Positions 1-6,653 of a stretch of DNA of 12,148 bases are shown here, piece by piece. The stretch is taken from the NCBI GenBank assembly GCA_035405085.1, contig DAONII010000020.1, positions 1-12,148 of the forward strand, in the 5' to 3' direction. Source of the stretch: a bacterium. Lineage in GTDB: Bacteria; UBA10199; 2-02-FULL-44-16; JAAZCA01. Every line of letters begins with the position of its first letter. Position 1 is the stretch's first letter. The position numbers and the translations under genes were made by a program. A model generated the notes under the pieces. It was not told where the DNA came from, made no database searches, and saw only the letters and a program-made list of their open reading frames with translations.

Positions 1-328
1 CCCTCCCCGAGGGAGAGTCGCCGGGGAAGACATGATCAATCAGCTCCCGGTGCTCCGATATCCAGTCCGCGAGCATAAAGCCCCGGCAGAGCTCTGAGGG
101 ACAGAGGGAGTTGCAGGCGCAGACCAGAATCGGATTGGATTTTGTACCAAGGCACAGCAGATCAATCCGACCCAGACCCGGCACAGGAAACTCGCGATCG
201 ATGACTTTTGCGCCGGCAAAAAGGCGCCCGATCTGCGAGGAAAGCGCCGAGACAACGTCCTCTATCGAAAATGGCGGAGGCGGAACGGAGAGGCAGAGCT
301 TCAGGGCCGAGGCCTGGCGCTTCGTCAT
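1..328 (-). CDS. Hypothetical Cys-rich protein, N-terminal fragment; the 3' end runs off the window start. Motif LVCACNSLCPSELC (CxCx3Cx4C).
   Basis: Hand translation of the minus strand from ATG at 328-326 stays open to position 1 (MTKRQASALKLCLSVPPPPFSIEDVVSALSSQIGRLFAGAKVIDREFPVPGLGRIDLLCLGTKSNPILVCACNSLCPSELCRGFMLADWISEHRELIDHVFPGDSPSGR...). Third-position GC bias matches the neighbouring genes. An AAGG lies 4-7 nt upstream. The ORF starts 20 nt downstream of the ATPase stop, so it is probably co-transcribed. It is absent from the ORF track because it has no stop inside the window. Confidence 0.4.
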   Translation of the reverse strand, partial: MTKRQASALKLCLSVPPPPFSIEDVVSALSSQIGRLFAGAKVIDREFPVPGLGRIDLLCLGTKSNPILVCACNSLCPSELCRGFMLADWISEHRELIDHVFPGDSPSGR

Positions 329-348
329 CGCCTTTGGAAATACGAGCC

Positions 349-1371
349 TCATATCCTGGACGCCGCCTCCGCAAGCCTTGTTGAAAAAGACGCGACGGGG
401 ACGGCTTCGTCACCGTCGCGGGATATCGGGAATACGCTCTGCCTTAAGACCCAGGCGCGGTGTTCCCCGGCAAGGGCGGAGGCGATGCTGCAAAGCTGTG
501 CCGTCGCGAAGCTCTTCGGATGAGCCAGAGCCAGCGGCCTGCGCATGGATACCGACTCCCCCGCGAACCGGGTCTGGGGTATCCAACCGTAAAACGACAG
601 CTCGGCACAGACGCCGTGGCGCGAGGCGACCGCGGTGATCTTCTTGTAGGCCCCCACCGCCTCGAGCCTGTCGGCCGAACGGTTCACCACCATCCGAACG
701 GGAGTGCGGATGCCGAGAGCGGCTGCTGACTTCAGGGTCGCATACGCATCGAGTAGCGCCGTTGCGTCGGGAGTGGTGACGAGCAATATAGAGTGTGCAG
801 CCGCAAGAAAGCGCATAACCTGCGGGCCTATCCCCGCGGCGAGATCGACCAAAATCATCCCGCCGTCCTCCTCGAGCAAAGCCATCTCCCCTGCAAGATG
901 GCGCAGCTTCCCGAAGGAAAGCTCGGCGAGCTCCGCGAGGCCGGATCCCCCTGAGACGAGGCGGACGCCCCCCTCGCACTCGATAGCGGCGTCTTTCATC
1001 CGCACGCGCCCGGCGATGACATCGGAAACGTCGTGCCGCGGCATCACCCCCATGAGCAGGTGCGCGTTGGCGAGCCCCATGTCGGCATCCACTAGCGTCA
1101 CCCCTATTCCCCGCTGCGCGAGCAGCACCGCAAGGTTCGTGGTGACCACGCTCTTGCCCGTCCCGCCCTTGCCGCTCGCGACGCACACGACCTGCGCCTT
1201 GGCGGGTGAGACCGGTTTCACGGGTTTTTGCGGAGGTACACCCTCGGGGAGGAGGCGTTCATCGCGCAGATCCTCCCCCCGAACGCTCGTCACGTCGCGG
1301 AGGGTCCTCGCGAGGAGTCTTGCAGTTCCGGATGCCATCGGGTTCCTGACAGTTTGGGCAGTTTTTACCAC
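349..1371 (-). CDS. MinD/ParA-family P-loop ATPase (deviant Walker A, SIMIBI class) with an N-terminal extension of ~60 aa rich in Pro and Arg
   Basis: Deviant Walker A VASGKGGTGKSVVTTNLAVLLA. DADMGLANAHLLMG and ILVDLAAGIGPQV (Walker B-like) are typical of MinD/FlhG/ParA. GTG start at 1371 is preceded by GGAAGGG with a 4-nt spacer. TGA stop at 349-351. Codon bias is coding-like. Confidence 0.85.
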   Translation of the reverse strand: MVKTAQTVRNPMASGTARLLARTLRDVTSVRGEDLRDERLLPEGVPPQKPVKPVSPAKAQVVCVASGKGGTGKSVVTTNLAVLLAQRGIGVTLVDADMGLANAHLLMGVMPRHDVSDVIAGRVRMKDAAIECEGGVRLVSGGSGLAELAELSFGKLRHLAGEMALLEEDGGMILVDLAAGIGPQVMRFLAAAHSILLVTTPDATALLDAYATLKSAAALGIRTPVRMVVNRSADRLEAVGAYKKITAVASRHGVCAELSFYGWIPQTRFAGESVSMRRPLALAHPKSFATAQLCSIASALAGEHRAWVLRQSVFPISRDGDEAVPVASFSTRLAEAASRI

Positions 1372-1576
1372 GCATCCCTTCCGGAGACAAGCAAATGTTG
1401 CTAATGGGTACAGTTATTTCAAAGGGTTAGGGCAAAAAACGATGCCCGGACTCGCCTCAGGAGAGCGGGTTCATCGGAATCGTTAAACCCGGCCGCCTTC
1501 GCCTTAAAACCCGCCGAGATTGGGCTTCACAAATCGCACAACCTTTCATATGCAACTGCGATAAGGATGTACGCAC
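1372..1576. promoter_or_regulatory. Divergent intergenic/promoter region between the MinD-like ATPase (minus) and the paralog pair (plus)
   Basis: This 205-bp stretch is noticeably AT-richer than the flanking coding DNA. Both flanking genes start here and face away from each other. TTCACA and TATGCA/TCATAT -35/-10-like hexamers lie upstream of 1577, but no confident promoter can be called by eye. Confidence 0.4.
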
Positions 1577-3079
1577 ATGAAGACATCCGAATTGCTCAGA
1601 AAGTTCTCGAGCCTGAACATGGAGAGCAGGCTCATCGACGTTCCCTTCCTGCTCAGGGCCCATGAGGAGGGGATGGTCGATGAAACCTCGCTCGAACCGG
1701 TTTCTTCGCTTCTGGCGCAGGAGTTTGCGGACGAGTGGGTTCCATATCCGATAGCCGACATACTAGATGAAATCGGCATGAGCTCGCGGCCTTCTACCAC
1801 TGGCATCGTGGGCAAGGACAGGGGAACCGGAAGCAATCTTCACAAGACCTACAAGCTCGCCCTGAGCGAACTGGGCAAACTCTCCACGCGTTTTCCCGAG
1901 GCCGCGGATTACTATCGCCCCTGGCTCGAACGAATAGATAAGGAGCTGGAGCTGCACAGGAGCAAAGCTGAGAGGGAAAAACTCGAGCAAAGCCTCAATT
2001 TCTTCAGGAAGTCGGTCTACAGGGAACTCGAACGGCAGGACATCTATGAAAAACACTTCTGGAACGGCGTTCAGGCAAAGCTCTTGGACCACTACGACAG
2101 CGAGGAGAACCGTTGGCTCACGAGCGCCCACTATTTCTTGAGCATGCTAGGAGGCGCAAACGACCTGTCCCACTCTTCGAACGTGTTGGAGCTCGGCGCG
2201 CTCAAGCTCCAGATCCCGATTCTCGCAAGGGCCATATCGCACAGCGTGGAAACGCAGGGCGTCAGGTTCAACATACTGGGGCTTGGCGAGAGGACGCTGC
2301 TGGAGATAAGGGGGCGGGGTTCCCACCTTTCCCTCGACACCCCGGAGTTCGCATCGCTCGGCGTCGCGATGGGGGCACAGGATGCGCGCCCCGCAGACGA
2401 CAGGCTCACCTCGATAGCGGTCGGCCCCGAACAGACAGGGTGGCTCAGGTGGAAAAAACTGATTCAGAGCCCTCTGTTCATAAAGCACGGCGCCAGACTT
2501 TTGCCTTCAAAGGCGTTCTGGGGGGTACGATTCCCCGAGTTCAAGCCCTCGGACCCCCCCGCCTTTCTCGAGGAACACCTCGTCGGGTGGTCCTCGGAGG
2601 ATCAGCACCTGTGGGCGAAGGTTTTGAGCCTTGGCAAATCGACTCTCTACGAGATAACGATCGTAAACCAGATGAAGGGCAGGGGCGGCTACATCCCGAA
2701 CGCAGCGCTCTCGCTCGTCATATCCGACGGCAAAATAAAATCGGCGAACTACACCATATTCAAGCTCAACGGCGAAGGGAAGATGATCGTGAACGTAGAT
2801 AAGCGCCGGATAGAAAACCTCGTCGCGCGCGCGTCAAAAAAATCGGCTCCGATAGTTTCGAAGGAGGCGAAGGAGACGACCTTAAAATCGGAAGAGGTGG
2901 AGAAGAGGTTCGGAGGAATCGTATCATCGGCCAAGGGCTCCAAACCGGAGGAATCCGAAAAGAAGGATTTGCCGGCAGTGGATACGACCGAGCCGGCTTC
3001 AAACTCAGGCGCGCAGGCAACCCAACCGTACCTGCCGGTCGTGGCAACCTCCACGCTGCCCACAACTATAAAGAAATAA
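1577..3079 (+). CDS. Uncharacterized protein, paralog A (500 aa); conserved C-terminal module plus K/S/E-rich tail carrying an EKRFGGI motif
   Basis: Long ORF with ATG at 1577 preceded by AAGGA; stop TAA at 3077-3079. It is homologous along its whole length to the next ORF: IDVPFLLRAHEEG vs INVPFLLLAHERG; RWKKLIQSPLF...WGVRFPEFKPSDPPAFLEEHL...QHLWAKV vs RWKKLMESPLF...WGIRFPAMPPSDPPSFLDRHL...QHLWAQV; IVNQMKGRGGYIPNAALSLVISDGKIKSANYTIF vs VVNQFKTKNEGYNPNAALHLVIANGEIESAKYEIF. No NTPase or other known motif is recognisable. Confidence 0.85.
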   Translation: MKTSELLRKFSSLNMESRLIDVPFLLRAHEEGMVDETSLEPVSSLLAQEFADEWVPYPIADILDEIGMSSRPSTTGIVGKDRGTGSNLHKTYKLALSELGKLSTRFPEAADYYRPWLERIDKELELHRSKAEREKLEQSLNFFRKSVYRELERQDIYEKHFWNGVQAKLLDHYDSEENRWLTSAHYFLSMLGGANDLSHSSNVLELGALKLQIPILARAISHSVETQGVRFNILGLGERTLLEIRGRGSHLSLDTPEFASLGVAMGAQDARPADDRLTSIAVGPEQTGWLRWKKLIQSPLFIKHGARLLPSKAFWGVRFPEFKPSDPPAFLEEHLVGWSSEDQHLWAKVLSLGKSTLYEITIVNQMKGRGGYIPNAALSLVISDGKIKSANYTIFKLNGEGKMIVNVDKRRIENLVARASKKSAPIVSKEAKETTLKSEEVEKRFGGIVSSAKGSKPEESEKKDLPAVDTTEPASNSGAQATQPYLPVVATSTLPTTIKK

Positions 3080-3098
3080 CGACTTTCGAGGAACTCGG

Positions 3099-4628
3099 AT
3101 GAACATATCAAAATATCTCACACGGATCAGCGACGACGGAAACTACTCGGGGCACATAAACGTGCCTTTTCTGCTCCTCGCGCACGAGCGGGGAATCATA
3201 GGCGAAAATGAACTCGCCCGGGCCGCGGTCCTCATCGAGGAACAGCAGGACGGCTTCTACCAGATTTCAAACGAGGTCCTGGTCAGCCTGCGCATAAACG
3301 CGGGTGTAGGTCCCGAACACGCCGAATTCCGAAGGAAAATCTCCGAAAACCGCATCGACGACGGCAGCAGGGAAAACCTGGAGGAGAACCGCCTTAAGGC
3401 GCAGGAGTCGCTCCGTCTTTTGGAGAAGGGTTTTCCCGGAGTCGCGCGCGACTACGGCCGCTGGCTGACGGAGATATCGCGCCTCGAAAAGAGGGCCTTC
3501 AACACTCCGACTCGTCAGTACGCGGCCGGCCAATACCGCCTCTTTCATGAAACCTCCATGTGGGAGGAGATGGAGATCCAAACCCTCGCCGAGAGACGCA
3601 TGTGGAACAGGGTCGGAATATCCGTGCTCACCGAGGTGCAGGGGAGCGACGCGCTATGGCTCAAGAGCGCCATGGACTTCATAGACGGGATAGGCGATGC
3701 AAACGCAGACATGGGGCGCCCCTCGCAGAGGTTCAGGTTTGACGCGATAGCCTTCCAGACCGCCGTCCTTTCCGCCGCCGTCACGTGGTCGCTCGCCGAG
3801 CTCTCCACCGCCTATCGCCTCACTGAGGTCGGCGAAAAAACGGTCGTGGAAGTGGATGGTCTCAAAACCCCGGTCGTCGTCAGCACCCCGGAGTTCGCAT
3901 CCGTGGACATAGCCGTCAGAATCCACGAGGGGCACCATATCGGAGGCGGATTCGTCACGCTCCCGCCTGGCCCCGTTCAGCTGGGAGAAAAACGTTGGAA
4001 GAAGCTCATGGAGAGCCCGCTTTTTTCAGCGCATCCCACGCGGCTCATACCGTCGGATGATATCTGGGGGATACGTTTCCCCGCGATGCCCCCCTCCGAC
4101 CCGCCGTCCTTCCTAGATAGGCATCTGGAGGGACTCAGGACGCCGGAGCAGCACCTGTGGGCACAGGTGAACGACATGGACAGTTTACAGAGATACGGCA
4201 TCACGGTGGTAAACCAGTTCAAGACTAAGAACGAGGGATACAACCCGAATGCGGCGCTTCACCTCGTGATAGCAAACGGAGAGATAGAGTCCGCGAAATA
4301 CGAGATCTTCGGACTGAAGGACAACCATTCGCTGACCGTCGAGGTCGACGAGGCACGAATCTCAAATCTAATCGCCCACGCCCTGAAGTACAAAAAGTCG
4401 CCTTCGCCCAGGCAGACGGCTGACCCGGCGAAGGGTTCCGAGGGCGGGAGGAAGAAGAGGTTCGGCGGAATCTCGAAATCCGGGCGGGCCCGGCGGAAAT
4501 CGTCCTCAAAGAAATCCGGCCTTTCGGTTTCAGGCGAAGACCAGCGCAAAGTCATACCCCTGCAGCCGGCCTATGCCGCCCCGGTAATAGCCGCCTCCAC
4601 AAACGCGGTTTTGAAAGCGACCCGATAA
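3099..4628 (+). CDS. Uncharacterized protein, paralog B (509 aa); same family as 1577..3079; basic Lys/Arg/Ser-rich tail with KKRFGGI motif
   Basis: ATG at 3099 is preceded by GAGGAA with a 5-nt spacer, 19 nt after the paralog A stop. Stop TAA at 4626-4628. It aligns along its full length with paralog A at roughly one-third identity by eye, including the N-terminal MxxSxxLxR(F/I)S...VPFLL motif. Confidence 0.85.
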   Translation: MNISKYLTRISDDGNYSGHINVPFLLLAHERGIIGENELARAAVLIEEQQDGFYQISNEVLVSLRINAGVGPEHAEFRRKISENRIDDGSRENLEENRLKAQESLRLLEKGFPGVARDYGRWLTEISRLEKRAFNTPTRQYAAGQYRLFHETSMWEEMEIQTLAERRMWNRVGISVLTEVQGSDALWLKSAMDFIDGIGDANADMGRPSQRFRFDAIAFQTAVLSAAVTWSLAELSTAYRLTEVGEKTVVEVDGLKTPVVVSTPEFASVDIAVRIHEGHHIGGGFVTLPPGPVQLGEKRWKKLMESPLFSAHPTRLIPSDDIWGIRFPAMPPSDPPSFLDRHLEGLRTPEQHLWAQVNDMDSLQRYGITVVNQFKTKNEGYNPNAALHLVIANGEIESAKYEIFGLKDNHSLTVEVDEARISNLIAHALKYKKSPSPRQTADPAKGSEGGRKKRFGGISKSGRARRKSSSKKSGLSVSGEDQRKVIPLQPAYAAPVIAASTNAVLKATR

Positions 4629-4674
4629 AACCGAAATGCGCAGCACCGAAAAGAGCGTCAAACGGGGATAATCG

Positions 4675-6567
4675 TTGACCTCGAGCCCGGTCCGGGAGAT
4701 TTTGCGTCAGATGCTCAGGATCGACAGCCTGCACAAGTCCTACGGATCGCAGAAGCTCTTCGACGGCGCCTCGCTCCAGATGTCACAGGGCGAAAGGCTG
4801 GGCCTCATGGGCCGCAACGGCCACGGCAAGACTACGCTGATGCGCATCGTAATCGGCGCCGAGGAGGCCGATTCCGGCACGATAGAGCTCCCGAAAAACT
4901 ACAGCATCGGCTACCTAGAGCAGCACATCCACTTCGAGAGCCCGACGGTTCTAGATGTGGCCTGCGAGCGGATCCCCGAGGACAGGCTCCACGAGAGCTA
5001 CCGCGCCGAGGAGATACTCTTCGGGCTGGGCTTCTCGAAGGACGATCTGTCGCGCGCGCCCCAAATGCTATCCGGCGGCTTCCAGGTCAGGCTTCAACTC
5101 GCGCGCACGCTCGTCGAATCGCCAGACCTCCTGCTCCTCGACGAGCCGACTAACTATCTCGACATAGTGTCGGTGCGATGGATAACGAAGTTCCTGCGCG
5201 CATGGGACCGGGAGCTGATCGTAATATCCCACGACCGGGAATTCATGGATTCGGTCACCACGCACACCGCCATCATCCACAGAGGCGTCATTCGCAGGAT
5301 GCCAGGCTCCACCGGAAAGATATGTGAGCAGATAGCGCAGGAGGAGGAAGTCTACGAGAAGACGCGCATAAACGAGGAGCGAAGGCGCGCGGAGCTTTTG
5401 AGCTTCGTCGAGCGCTTCAAGGCGAAGAACACTAAGGCCTCCGCGGCGCGCTCGAAGATGAAGATGCTGCAGAAGATGCCGCTTCGCGACAAACTCGAGC
5501 AGATAGCCGACCTCGACTTCCGCTTCCGATACAAACCCTTTCCAGCAAAGAACGTCATGGAAGTCGAAGGCCTTTCGTTTTCATACGGCGACGCAGCCCC
5601 CCTCATATCCGATTTCAAAATCAGGGTGGGCGCCGACGACCGAATTGCGGTCATAGGCAAAAACGGAAAGGGTAAATCAACCCTCCTGAGGCTTCTTGCC
5701 GGCGAACTCGAGCCGAACGCGGGCTCTGTCCGCATGCACGCGCAGGCGTCCCCCGGCTTCTTCGGCCAGACGAACATCGAACGCTTGGTGCCATCGCGCA
5801 CCGTTGAGGATGAGATCGCGGCGGCCAACCCCGCGCTCGGCAAGAGCGCGGCGCTTGGGCTCTGCGGCCTCATGATGTTTTCCGGCGAGCGCGCCCAGAG
5901 GAGGATATCGGTCCTCTCCGGCGGCGAGAAGAGCCGCGTGCTCCTAGGAAGGATACTTGCGACACCTGCGAACCTGCTCCTTCTCGACGAGCCCACGAAC
6001 CACCTCGACATGCAATCGGTGGAGGCGCTCTCCGAGAGCATCGACGAGTTTCCAGGCGCGGTCGTCATCGTAACGCACGACGAGATGCTCCTCCGAAGCG
6101 TCGCCACGCGCCTCGTAGTCTTTCAGGGCGGAGGAGTCGAGCTCTTCGACGGAGGCTACGATGACTTCCTGGAGAGGATCGGCTGGGAGGAGGAGGCCGA
6201 TTCCGGAAAAGAGGACGCCCCGCGGGAGGGGAAGCCCGCCGCCGGCAGGAGGGAGCTGCGCCGCCTGCGCTCTAAAATCGTTCAGGAGAGATCCTCCGCG
6301 ATGCGCCCGCTGAAGGAGAGGATCGACTTCGCCGAGAGTTCCATCTGCGAGCTCGAGAGACAGATGAAGGAGGCGGAGGGCGGGCTGATCGAGGCGTCCG
6401 AGAATAAAGACGCCGTCAGGTGCGCCGGGCTCTCTCGAAATCTCAAGGAGTGTGGGGAGGGCATAGAGAAGCTCTTCGCGGAGCTCGAAGATGCCACGCT
6501 CGAATTCGAGCGCCTCTCAAAGCTCTTTGAAGAGCGCCTGGAAGAACTCGAGCCCGAAAACTCCTGA
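4675..6567 (+). CDS. ABC-F family ATPase (two tandem ABC domains plus C-terminal coiled coil; Uup/YheS-like ribosome-associated ATPase)
   Basis: Two Walker A motifs (GRNGHGKTTL, GKNGKGKSTL). Two ABC signature motifs (LSGGFQVRLQLARTL, LSGGEKSRVLLGRIL). Two Walker B motifs (LLLLDEPTNYLD, LLLLDEPTNHLD). Inter-domain linker of charged residues. C-terminal heptad-like Glu/Leu/Arg-rich coiled coil, as in Uup. The track start is a TTG at 4675. An in-frame ATG at 4711 gives the classic ABC-F N-terminus MLRIDSLHKSYG and may be the real start. Confidence 0.9.
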   Translation: MTSSPVREILRQMLRIDSLHKSYGSQKLFDGASLQMSQGERLGLMGRNGHGKTTLMRIVIGAEEADSGTIELPKNYSIGYLEQHIHFESPTVLDVACERIPEDRLHESYRAEEILFGLGFSKDDLSRAPQMLSGGFQVRLQLARTLVESPDLLLLDEPTNYLDIVSVRWITKFLRAWDRELIVISHDREFMDSVTTHTAIIHRGVIRRMPGSTGKICEQIAQEEEVYEKTRINEERRRAELLSFVERFKAKNTKASAARSKMKMLQKMPLRDKLEQIADLDFRFRYKPFPAKNVMEVEGLSFSYGDAAPLISDFKIRVGADDRIAVIGKNGKGKSTLLRLLAGELEPNAGSVRMHAQASPGFFGQTNIERLVPSRTVEDEIAAANPALGKSAALGLCGLMMFSGERAQRRISVLSGGEKSRVLLGRILATPANLLLLDEPTNHLDMQSVEALSESIDEFPGAVVIVTHDEMLLRSVATRLVVFQGGGVELFDGGYDDFLERIGWEEEADSGKEDAPREGKPAAGRRELRRLRSKIVQERSSAMRPLKERIDFAESSICELERQMKEAEGGLIEASENKDAVRCAGLSRNLKECGEGIEKLFAELEDATLEFERLSKLFEERLEELEPENS

Positions 6568-6597
6568 CAGGCCATCTCCTGAAATGCCCCGAACTTC

Positions 6598-6632
6598 CGT
6601 AAAAAAACGCCCCGCGAAAGGCGGGGCGCTTT
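6598..6632. terminator. Rho-independent terminator hairpin (CGCCCCGC-GAAAG-GCGGGGCG), flanked by A7 on the left and CTTTG on the right; probably bidirectional
   Basis: A GC-rich 8-bp stem with a GAAAG loop at 6608-6628. The A-run at 6601-6607 gives a U-tract for the minus-strand gene that ends at 6654. There is a weaker T-rich stretch for the plus-strand ABC-F, which ends at 6567. Confidence 0.6.
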
Positions 6633-6653
6633 GCATGCGTCACATCCAAAAAC

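Noticed and set aside
40-255. Track ORF 40..255(-), 71 aa
   Set aside because: It is in a different frame from the open minus-strand frame that runs from 328 to the window edge. That frame has coherent GC3 codon bias, and this one does not.
1-328. Possible MvhD/FlpD-like [2Fe-2S] hydrogenase subunit or LMW-PTP/ArsC-type CX5R loop for the Cys-rich fragment
   Set aside because: FlpD needs an N-terminal CCNWC and a ~19-residue spacing before the GCHxGDCH element, and neither is present. The LMW-PTP P-loop needs the Arg of CX5R, where this protein has Pro. It is left as hypothetical.
111-1486. Track ORFs 111..638(+), 162..413(-), 410..1186(-), 460..729(+), 704..1486(+)
   Set aside because: They are alternate-frame or antisense readings over the MinD-like gene. 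Their translations are Arg/Ser/Pro-rich low-complexity strings typical of GC-rich off-frames. The real frame carries the Walker A and a good RBS.
1457-2131. Track ORFs 1457..1663(-), 1546..1836(-), 1763..2131(-)
   Set aside because: They are antisense to, or overlap, the well-supported paralog A gene or the divergent promoter. They have no RBS and no recognisable features.
2113-4555. Numerous 60-230 aa ORFs in other frames across the paralog genes (e.g. 2113..2802, 2749..3111, 3267..3581, 3654..3938, 4225..4509)
   Set aside because: These are GC-driven spurious frames. Their products are Arg/Pro/Gly-rich or lack structure. The two long frames show mutual homology, which is strong evidence that they are the real genes.
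5352-6107. 251-aa antisense ORF inside the ABC-F gene
   Set aside because: Ser/Ala/Arg-rich low-complexity translation. The sense frame carries duplicated Walker A, signature and Walker B motifs.
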